A stretch of DNA of 64,000 nt, taken from a virus (Duplodnaviria > Caudoviricetes). The notes under the pieces are model-generated. The model had not been told where the DNA came from. It saw nothing but the letters and a program-made list of their open reading frames with translations, and did no database searches. This document shows, in pieces, positions 9,478 to 15,728 of the stretch. The position numbers and the translations under genes are program-made. Each line of letters opens with the position of its first letter. Position 1 is the stretch's first letter. The stretch spans positions 224,001 to 288,000 of IMG/VR virus record IMGVR_UViG_3300043754_000129. One strand, written 5' to 3'.

Positions 9478-10197
9478 CTAACTATCGAAACCAAACACGA
9501 AGCGTACTTTGCCGTACGTATCGTGCAGGCGTTGAACTTCCTTGAAGAAGTAAGACAGTTCATCCTTCAAGGTCTTTTCCCATGTGACGCGCACGTAGTC
9601 CCAAGGGCCACTCACCTTGCCGACTTCGCACTCGTTGATGGTGACGGTGTCTTTGCCCCAGATGCCACCGAACCATTCCTGTGGTTGGCTCACCTTGTCC
9701 CAGGCTTCAAACATCGGCTTGGAGAGCACACCGATCTTCACCCGAGGTATGTTCGCCTCGTTGTTGAACCAATTCAGCATCTCGTCTGACATGAGCCAGC
9801 TGAAACTGTGATCCCCCATCCAGATCGCACATTCATGCAATGTGATGGTATCGTCGCTGTAGCGATAACCGGTAAGAACACCGATCGTGTCTGGATCCAT
9901 GGACTTCGCTTCGAGGGGATGGTCTTGTTCCCACCACCCCCGTCTAAACGGCACGAGTGCTTCCACGTGGGTCGGGTGCTCCCAGCAGTAATACTCGAAA
10001 TCCTTGGGTAAGCCGCGCGGAGCAGAGATGGGTCTGATCCACTCCGCATACGGCACCCCAGCGAAGCCATATCCATTGCGTACGTCCGCAAGCGCGGCAA
10101 AGAGCTGGTAGTGGCGTTCGTCGTCCCAGAAGGTAGCAACGTCCACCCACTCCCCGTCAATGCGCGCCTGGAAGACGCTATGGATATCGCAACCCAT
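9478..10197 (-). CDS. conserved phage protein, MGCDIH family
   Basis: MGCDIH...RHYQLFAALADVR...PRGLP...DHSFSWL motifs typical of a widespread uncharacterised phage family. Confidence 0.75.
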   Translation of the reverse strand: MGCDIHSVFQARIDGEWVDVATFWDDERHYQLFAALADVRNGYGFAGVPYAEWIRPISAPRGLPKDFEYYCWEHPTHVEALVPFRRGWWEQDHPLEAKSMDPDTIGVLTGYRYSDDTITLHECAIWMGDHSFSWLMSDEMLNWFNNEANIPRVKIGVLSKPMFEAWDKVSQPQEWFGGIWGKDTVTINECEVGKVSGPWDYVRVTWEKTLKDELSYFFKEVQRLHDTYGKVRFVFGFDS

Positions 10198-10199
10198 CG

Positions 10200-10712
10200 T
10201 CAGCCTTTAGCAGGTGAGAGATCGGTGGTCCGCTCCGGGGAGTCCTTGTAGAAGTAGAAGCGTTCGGTGTAACGCTCCATGTAGACTTCATGGACAATGG
10301 CCGGGTCGTCGTTGTCGGTGAATTCCCCGACGAGTGCACCTTGCGGTTCACCGTTGACCTTGTAGTCCGGGTCGACCTTGCCACCGGCCAGATCGATGAC
10401 GGCACCCCAGTCGATCTTCACATCGCCCGACGTGCACAGCGCGCCGATCCTGATAGCCGCGCCATGAACGAGCGTGAAGCCGTCGTTCCAGGCGAGGTAG
10501 TTGCGTTGATGCGGGTCCGGGGTATGAACCGAGACGGTCGCGCCGAGGGCGAGCGCGCCGGCTGCGGTGTCAACCGGATGTTCGTGGACGACGGCAATGT
10601 TCGTGCCATCGGTCACACGGGAGACTTCAAAGTCCGGACCACCTTCAACGCCAGGGGTCGTGAACACTTCAACCGAGGTCCCGTCGCCAACCTTCTTTTC
10701 CGTGGAAGTCAT
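10200..10712 (-). CDS. hypothetical protein
   Basis: 170 aa ORF, AAGGAG RBS. Confidence 0.75.
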   Translation of the reverse strand: MTSTEKKVGDGTSVEVFTTPGVEGGPDFEVSRVTDGTNIAVVHEHPVDTAAGALALGATVSVHTPDPHQRNYLAWNDGFTLVHGAAIRIGALCTSGDVKIDWGAVIDLAGGKVDPDYKVNGEPQGALVGEFTDNDDPAIVHEVYMERYTERFYFYKDSPERTTDLSPAKG

Positions 10713-10828
10713 GTGCGCTCCTTGAGTTTGCGCATTTCCCTTTCAAAATGATCCTCCATCGCCCACCGGACTTTACGCCGTTCGGGGTTCATGAGGATCC
10801 ACTCACACAACCGCACAATCGCCTTCAC
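10709..10828 (-). CDS. small translationally coupled protein (39 aa)
   Basis: GTGA overlap with upstream stop and ATGA overlap with downstream start; VKAIVRLCEWILMNPERRK... Confidence 0.6.
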   Translation of the reverse strand: MKAIVRLCEWILMNPERRKVRWAMEDHFEREMRKLKERT

Positions 10829-11274
10829 CACGACGGTGGAGCGTATTGCGGGTTGTGGCCTCTCACCATTTTCTGGCTGGTGGTGCTCTTGAGGATCAGG
10901 TCCGTCGGGGTGACGTCCTGAGCCTTAAACTGGCTGCACTCGGTCATGCGACACATGCCCATCAGTTCCTTGATGTCGGTCGCGATGGTGGTCGATGACA
11001 CGCCGATGAGTTCGGCGATTTCCTTCGCCACGCAACCCGAGCGGTACATCTCTTCCACGATGGGCAGGCGAAGTTCTTTGGGCAGGTGGTAGTAAGCGAT
11101 CGGGGTTTCCTGATGGAACCAGCGGCGCTCGATCTTGGCCGAGATTTCGCTCTTCACGAGAACGTAATCGCCAAAGTGCAGCAATTCCACTTTACCTCTG
11201 TACGGCGGCTTCGCATCCATGGCCTGCTGTGAGACACCTGCGAAATACTCGTATACGGGGGAGAGCGGCTTCAT
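10825..11274 (-). CDS. helix-turn-helix DNA-binding protein
   Basis: SGCVAKEIAELIGVSSTTIATDI HTH; directly downstream of promoter motif. Confidence 0.75.
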   Translation of the reverse strand: MKPLSPVYEYFAGVSQQAMDAKPPYRGKVELLHFGDYVLVKSEISAKIERRWFHQETPIAYYHLPKELRLPIVEEMYRSGCVAKEIAELIGVSSTTIATDIKELMGMCRMTECSQFKAQDVTPTDLILKSTTSQKMVRGHNPQYAPPSW

Positions 11275-11353
11275 TTAATTCATTCCTCTTGTTGTGATCC
11301 TCTAGTCAACTAATAGCACGGCGCCGTCAGTTTTACCCAACGGACTCAGAAGG

Positions 11354-11382
11354 ATGATATATGGTTGTTTTTTCGATGAAAC
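11354..11382 (-). promoter_or_regulatory. phage-specific promoter-like motif (copy 1)
   Basis: GTTTCATCGAAAAAAACAACCATATATCAT-type 29-mer shared with five other intergenic sites. Confidence 0.65.
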
Positions 11383-11434
11383 GGCATAAAACTGGAAGTG
11401 GCCGCCCCGCGTCCGAAGACACGTGACGGACACC
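11381..11434 (-). terminator. terminator with TTTTATGCCGT tail
   Basis: CGTGTC-TTCG-GACGCG hairpin extended by flanking pairs, then TTTTATGCCGT. Confidence 0.55.
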
Positions 11435-11472
11435 TCGCCGAGGCCCTACATAGCATTACCCTGTGGGTATTT

Positions 11473-12057
11473 TTACACAGGCTTCTGACCTTCCCAGTGG
11501 ATTGCGTCTTCCACCGCCCACTTGTCCTTGCGCCCGTTCTTGCTCAGGTCGTACCAGTGGGTGTAGTCTTCGAGCTTGCCGCCGTAGGCTTCCTGCGCAC
11601 CCCGCAGACGTGCCACCCAGTTGGGGATGTCCGGATGTTTGCCGTACTGGCTCACGTTACAGACGATCGCGCCACCGGGCAACAGATGCTCCCAGAGAAT
11701 GGGGATGAGGTTGACTTCCGCCCGGCCTGCACAGGACAGGTAGATGGCGTCGGGGCGTTGCAGATCGCTCAGGTCAGCGTAGCAGGCATCGCGCAGATGG
11801 ATGTCGATGTCCGCCGGGTTCACGCCATGGCGCTCCATGTTCTCACGAGCAACCGCCGGATAGTCCGGGTTCACCTCGATGCCGATCAGCTTCACGTCCC
11901 GATAGCGCAGCTTCGACTCGATGAGCACCTTACCGGTGCCGCAGCCCACGTCCCAGATGCAAGTCGGCTTCTGGGGGAACGCGAGAAAGGCACGGATCAC
12001 CATGGAGGTCGGCGTCTCGTCAACCGTCTCCAATGACTTGTAGATTCGCTTTGGCAT
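11473..12057 (-). CDS. CbiT-like class I SAM-dependent methyltransferase
   Basis: IWDVGCGTGKV motif I, IGIEVN motif II, PDAIYL, LWEHLLPGGAIVCN resemble precorrin-6B methylase CbiT. Confidence 0.7.
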   Translation of the reverse strand: MPKRIYKSLETVDETPTSMVIRAFLAFPQKPTCIWDVGCGTGKVLIESKLRYRDVKLIGIEVNPDYPAVARENMERHGVNPADIDIHLRDACYADLSDLQRPDAIYLSCAGRAEVNLIPILWEHLLPGGAIVCNVSQYGKHPDIPNWVARLRGAQEAYGGKLEDYTHWYDLSKNGRKDKWAVEDAIHWEGQKPV

Positions 12058-12073
12058 TTATCAACCTAACAGA

Positions 12074-12098
12074 ATAAGCGGGGAGCCGAAGCTCCCCT
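12074..12098 (-). terminator. intrinsic terminator
   Basis: GGGGAGC-TTCG-GCTCCCC then GCTTATT. Confidence 0.65.
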
Positions 12099-12103
12099 TG
12101 GCG

Positions 12104-12550
12104 TTAGCCCATTTTCGAAACGTCGACGCCCTTGGCAGCCGCAGCCATCGAGGCTTGTGCTTCCTTGGGATCGTGCATGGCCTGCTTGGTCACGTCGGTG
12201 ATGGCCGTGTCCACCGCATTGGTGACGGCACCATCGACGGCATTGACCGCATCAGTTTTCAGTTCCGCCCAGATCGCCACGTACTTGCCGGTCTTGTACA
12301 GATACCAAGCCGAAGCCGCAAGCAGCGCCCAAACGAGCCAATGCTGTTGCAGTTCATACGCGACGACCGCGGTCACGATGATGACCACACGCGTCGTGAT
12401 GATCGTCGGGGCGAGACCGAACTTGCCCACGAGCCATTGCATCCAGGCCACGGTTTGCGTAGCCTTCTGGTTCTCGCTGATCCATTGGCCGATGCCGCTG
12501 GTGAACTGGAGCGCGATGAGCGCGAGTGCTGCGAAGAAAAGAAGTGACAT
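12104..12550 (-). CDS. membrane protein, about 3 TM helices
   Basis: hydrophobic segments and Ala-rich C-terminal tail; start MSLLFF. Confidence 0.7.
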   Translation of the reverse strand: MSLLFFAALALIALQFTSGIGQWISENQKATQTVAWMQWLVGKFGLAPTIITTRVVIIVTAVVAYELQQHWLVWALLAASAWYLYKTGKYVAIWAELKTDAVNAVDGAVTNAVDTAITDVTKQAMHDPKEAQASMAAAAKGVDVSKMG

Positions 12551-12552
12551 AA

Positions 12553-12903
12553 CTAACTCCGATCGTTGAAGTTGAACCCACACACCATAGCGCTTTTCCC
12601 GACCCGGTTCTTCTCATGCTTGGGTCGGATCGTGTACGGGTTGTGGATGCGTTCATCCCAATCGGGTAAGTCGATCGTCTGACTGCGGTACTGATGGTGC
12701 GTGTCGAAGAAGTACTCCAGCTTCCCATCGGTGATGTGATAGTGGCACTCCGTCTTCCGCATGCCCTGATCGTGCGCCAACGAGGGTCGCACAGTGGGCG
12801 TGGCTTCGTCACCCGTAATCTGCCAGGTGACCTTGCCGTCTGTATAGATCCAGTGACTGCATTCGCAGCCCGGGCACCAGTGACAGAACACACCGGGGCG
12901 CAT
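12553..12903 (-). CDS. small Cys/His metal-binding protein (DUF6527-like)
   Basis: HWCPGCECSH...PTVRPS...CHYHITDG...H pattern; start MRPGVF after AAGGAGA. Confidence 0.6.
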   Translation of the reverse strand: MRPGVFCHWCPGCECSHWIYTDGKVTWQITGDEATPTVRPSLAHDQGMRKTECHYHITDGKLEYFFDTHHQYRSQTIDLPDWDERIHNPYTIRPKHEKNRVGKSAMVCGFNFNDRS

Positions 12904-12913
12904 CTCCTTGAAC

Positions 12914-13405
12914 TTAGACACGGTCCCAATGCTCGAAGGTGTAGCCGAAGTGTTCGTTCTCGTGCACGAAGCCCACAGACATCTCGAACTGATTGCGATC
13001 GATCGCCGGGAAGTACGTGTCGCCCTCGAACTCCTTGTGAATGCGAGTGAGGTAGATGTGGTCGGCGAACGGCAATGCCTGACGATAGATGTCCGCGCCG
13101 CCGATGATGTAGCAGAACGAACGACCTTCACGACGGCAGTGGTTCAGCGCGCCTTCCAACGAGTCACGCACCGTGAGGAGGGGCAGTGCGGGGTCACGCA
13201 TCGTGCGGGAGACGACGATGTTGCTGCGCATCACAAGCGGCTTGCCGATCGACTCGTACGTCTTGCGGCCCATCACCACTGCATTGCCCGTGGTCGTCTC
13301 TTTGAAGTGCTTCATGTCTTCCGGGAATTGGCCCATCCACGGAATTTGTCCTTTGTTGCCGATGACACGGTTGCTTGCCATCGCGGCGATCAGAATCGTT
13401 TTCAT
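12914..13405 (-). CDS. folA: dihydrofolate reductase
   Basis: ASNRVIGNKGQIPW, EDMKHFKETTTGNAVVMGRKTYESIGKPL, IIGGADIY, EGDTYFP. Confidence 0.97.
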   Translation of the reverse strand: MKTILIAAMASNRVIGNKGQIPWMGQFPEDMKHFKETTTGNAVVMGRKTYESIGKPLVMRSNIVVSRTMRDPALPLLTVRDSLEGALNHCRREGRSFCYIIGGADIYRQALPFADHIYLTRIHKEFEGDTYFPAIDRNQFEMSVGFVHENEHFGYTFEHWDRV

Positions 13406-13481
13406 TTCTTCGTTATGAATAGGTGAATGGAGTTCCCGGCATTGCTGCCTATGTCATTGCACTGCACAATGAAATCTTACT

Positions 13482-14069
13482 TCACCACTTCAAATAAGCG
13501 GGCAACGATTCCGTAGCTACCTTGTCATGTTGCTGGCCAAAGAACACAAGGTCCTGCGCACGGTCCGTCTTCTTAAAGCGCGCATCCTCACAGAGCTTGT
13601 TCTTCTGCGGCTCCAGCGAGTGATCGTTATACGGGTAGATGGTCAGGCCCGGATCACTCTTATCCACCCAAGCATTGATCTTGCCAAGCGGGACGATCTC
13701 CACGGGATCGAGTACGCAGTACTCATGCGTGACATGCGCGTCCCACACGAGGCGTTCCTTCGTGAGTTCCATTGGCGTCTTGATGCGGACCTTCTGGCCC
13801 GGCTTCATCTGGTAGACAAAGAAGTCCACGCCGTTCTTCTGTCCCTCGTCCGAGAAGAGTTTCTCATAGACGTTGGGGATGATGGCTTGCAGGCAATGAA
13901 AGATGCTCGGCGCAAACGACACACGCGGTGCCGTGAACTCTTTCAGAATGCCTTGGTCTTTGTCATCACTGCCAGCGGGCTTGCGTGGTGCGAGCATCTT
14001 CGGTAGCCGGCCGTCAAACGTGATGTGAAACAATCGCGGGATGTTATTCACAGTCTTCTCCTTGTACAC
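13482..14069 (-). CDS. putative ADP-ribosyltransferase-fold protein, possibly virion-associated
   Basis: LFHIT (beta1 His), RVSFAPS (beta2), DAHVTHEYCVL (acidic strand); C-terminal ATES...LKW. Confidence 0.4.
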   Translation of the reverse strand: MYKEKTVNNIPRLFHITFDGRLPKMLAPRKPAGSDDKDQGILKEFTAPRVSFAPSIFHCLQAIIPNVYEKLFSDEGQKNGVDFFVYQMKPGQKVRIKTPMELTKERLVWDAHVTHEYCVLDPVEIVPLGKINAWVDKSDPGLTIYPYNDHSLEPQKNKLCEDARFKKTDRAQDLVFFGQQHDKVATESLPAYLKW

Positions 14070-14076
14070 AAAATTG

Positions 14077-14106
14077 ACGGCATAAAAGCCAGGCCGAAGC
14101 CTGGCT
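14077..14106 (-). terminator. terminator closing the tRNA cluster
   Basis: AGCCAGGC-TTCG-GCCTGGCT then TTTATGCCGT. Confidence 0.8.
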
Positions 14107-14111
14107 CAATA

Positions 14112-14201
14112 TGGCAGAGAGAAAGGGATTCGAACCCTTGGTGCAGTTGCCCACACATCGCCTTAGCAGGGCGACTCTTTAAACCGCTCGGACATCTCTC
14201 T
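14112..14201 (-). tRNA. tRNA-Ser(GCT)
   Basis: AGAGAGA/TCTCTCT acceptor, TCGCC-CT GCT AA-GGCGA, long variable arm, G73, CCA encoded. Confidence 0.93.
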
Positions 14202-14209
14202 AGAAAAGG

Positions 14210-14293
14210 GGAGCGGGCTGCAAGTGGTTTCGAGCCACCACCAAACTATCGATGCATGCATTCACGATAGCCCAGTTCCTACCGGAGCCCCGC
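14210..14293 (-). ncRNA. tRNA-like cloverleaf with 13-nt palindromic loop
   Basis: bulged GCGGGGCT/AGCCCGC stem, CCGGT-AGGA-ACTGG arm, CTATCG/CGATAG stem with loop TGAATGCATGCAT, GGTGG-CTCGAAA-CCACT T-like arm; no CCA. Confidence 0.5.
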
Positions 14294-14312
14294 ACTGAAG
14301 AAAAAAGGAAAG

Positions 14313-14392
14313 TGGGGCGCCGTAGGGGATTTGAACCCCTGTCTCCGATTCGTGCACGAACCAGCATCCTAGGCCTCTAGAAGAACAGCACC
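14313..14392 (-). tRNA. atypical tRNA with His identity (G-1:C73) and no canonical anticodon loop
   Basis: G-GTGCTGT/ACGGCGC-C-CCA, Glu-like D arm and T arm AGGGG-TTCAAAT-CCCCT; anticodon arm CTGGT-TCGTGCACGA-ATCGG. Confidence 0.75.
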
Positions 14393-14415
14393 ACTGTGAA
14401 ACACCAAACACCTTA

Positions 14416-14491
14416 GGGGTGACCACCGGGAATCGAACCCGGGACCCTCGGGGCCACATCCCGATGCTCTACCAATCTGAGCTATGGCCAC
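14416..14491 (-). tRNA. tRNA-His(GTG)
   Basis: TCGGG-AT GTG GC-CCCGA; C73; position -1 is T; 3' end CC then T. Confidence 0.9.
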
Positions 14492-14515
14492 ACCTAAGCA
14501 TGTCTAGTTGAAACT

Positions 14516-14593
14516 TGGCCCCTTGGAGTGGATTTGAACCACTGACACACCACCATTCGAGGTGGCCGCTCTACCAGACTGAGCTACCGCGGG
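14516..14593 (-). tRNA. atypical tRNA with 8-nt (or 6-nt) anticodon loop
   Basis: canonical D arm and T arm, CCA encoded; GCCAC-CTCGAATG-GTGGT; two acceptor mismatches (CCCGCGG/CCAAGGG). Confidence 0.7.
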
Positions 14594-14608
14594 ATTGAAA
14601 CAATTCAA

Positions 14609-14694
14609 TGGAGAAGAGGATGGGATTCGAACCCACGCGGGCTTGCGCCTCCAGGTTTGCAATCTGGCTCCTTCAGCCTCTCGGACACCTCTTC
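14609..14694 (-). tRNA. tRNA-Cys(GCA) with long variable arm
   Basis: GAAGAGG/CCTCTTC, U73, CCA; CCAGA-TT GCA AA-CCTGG; variable hairpin GGC-GCAA-GCC. Confidence 0.85.
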
Positions 14695-14712
14695 CACTGA
14701 CACAACAAATAC

Positions 14713-14789
14713 TGGTCGGAATTGTAGGATTCGAACCTACGACCCCCTGATCCCAAATCAGGTGCGCTACCGGGCTGCGCTAAACTCCG
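14713..14789 (-). tRNA. tRNA-Pro(TGG)
   Basis: CGGAGTT/AATTCCG, CCTGA-TT TGG GA-TCAGG, CCA encoded. Confidence 0.95.
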
Positions 14790-14806
14790 GAACTACAAAG
14801 ACGGCT

Positions 14807-14882
14807 TGGTGGCGATGGTCAGAATCGAACTGACGACCAACGGATTATGATCCCGCTGCTCTACCGACTGAGCTACATCGCC
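14807..14882 (-). tRNA. tRNA-Met or Ile2 (CAT)
   Basis: GGCGATG/CATCGCC, GCGGG-AT CAT AA-TCCGT, CCA; G1:C72 so not initiator. Confidence 0.9.
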
Positions 14883-14894
14883 GTACTACGAATC

Positions 14895-14982
14895 TGGTGG
14901 GGAAGATTGGATTCGAACCAATGTAGGACCTAAGCCCAACAGATTTACAGTCTGCCCCCTTTAGCCTCTCGGGCACCTCCCC
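14895..14982 (-). tRNA. tRNA-Tyr(GTA)
   Basis: GGGGAGG/CTTCCCC, GCAGA-CT GTA AA-TCTGT, long variable arm, CCA. Confidence 0.95.
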
Positions 14983-14989
14983 AGATGTG

Positions 14990-15540
14990 AAAGAACACAG
15001 CCCAATTTGCCTCGTGACATTTCTGTCCTGTAACCGTTTAGCGTGTGCTAACGCAGTTTGCCGCCTGAGAATTACATCCCAGAGCAGCCCGCCGCATCAC
15101 GTCATGCCGGGTGATTAGGCCGGCCAGTCCATTAAGAGGTTGACTCATTTCACCCGCAAGCCCGTGGATTTGCCAACGGAGCCCAATTAGGGTGGTGCTG
15201 TCGAGTCAAGACCTACCACGTCCTCCTTTCGGTTAGACTAGGTAGTGCAGAGTGCCCATCCAAGTAGAGTGTACGGTCATTGCTTTCTGAGGTGAGAATC
15301 GAACTCACATTTGGCCTGAGGCCGCGGCCAATGACAGCCAGCATGCGTTAGTCCCGTTGAGAGGACGCTGATTCGCATACGGGAGACTCAAGATCCCCGG
15401 GGTATACCGATTCCCCCACTCATCTCTCTACTATCGACACAACTTGCGTTTAGATCACTTTCCGTCCGTCGCGTTACCACAACGGTGGGCATGTCGGAGG
15501 TTTGGGTCTGAAGGTCCCTCGTACATGCATTGTGTATTCT
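14990..15540 (-). ncRNA. large structured non-coding RNA with embedded tRNA-like domain (boundaries approximate)
   Basis: no ORF; nested helices, GNRA hairpins, H-type pseudoknot 15096-15124, D/anticodon/T arms at 15285-15425. Confidence 0.6.
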
Positions 15541-15590
15541 CTCACATACTCTTACGCATTGCAGTAAAAAAATACTTTACTATCAATGAC

Positions 15591-15728
15591 TTAGCATCCC
15601 GGGATCATCGGAATGCCTTCGACGTACATCGGACGCGAGTAGTGAAATACCCACTTCGGTCCGACGGCGTCAAGATGAAGGTGGAGGAAGTACCTCCACC
15701 ACCATTGATAGACAGCGTAGCCGGCCAT
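15591..15728 (-). CDS. small aromatic-rich protein (45 aa)
   Basis: TAATG overlap with upstream stop; MAGYAVYQWWWRYFLHLHLDAVGPKW... Confidence 0.5.
   Translation of the reverse strand: MAGYAVYQWWWRYFLHLHLDAVGPKWVFHYSRPMYVEGIPMIPGC

Noticed and set aside
12104-12550. Holin call for the 3-TM protein
   Set aside because: Topology is compatible, but there is no adjacent endolysin or dual-start motif; left as membrane protein
15030-15125. tmRNA hypothesis: pseudoknot followed by GCA AAC ... TAA on the minus strand
   Set aside because: The peptide would be ANCVSTR, with no ALAA-type degron; an extra hairpin separates the pseudoknot and the codon; no GGGGCTG/CAGCTCCACCA acceptor with G3:U70 was found
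15230-15360. Group I intron hypothesis from GACTA/TAGTC (P7-like) and a following GAAA hairpin
   Set aside because: No AAGAUA-like J8/7, no P/Q elements, no flanking exons that rejoin into a tRNA or ORF; only a covariance-model search could revive it
15455-15475. RNase P RNA-like GGAAAGT
   Set aside because: Lacks GAGGAAAGUCC and the 3' ACAGAACCCGGCUUA element
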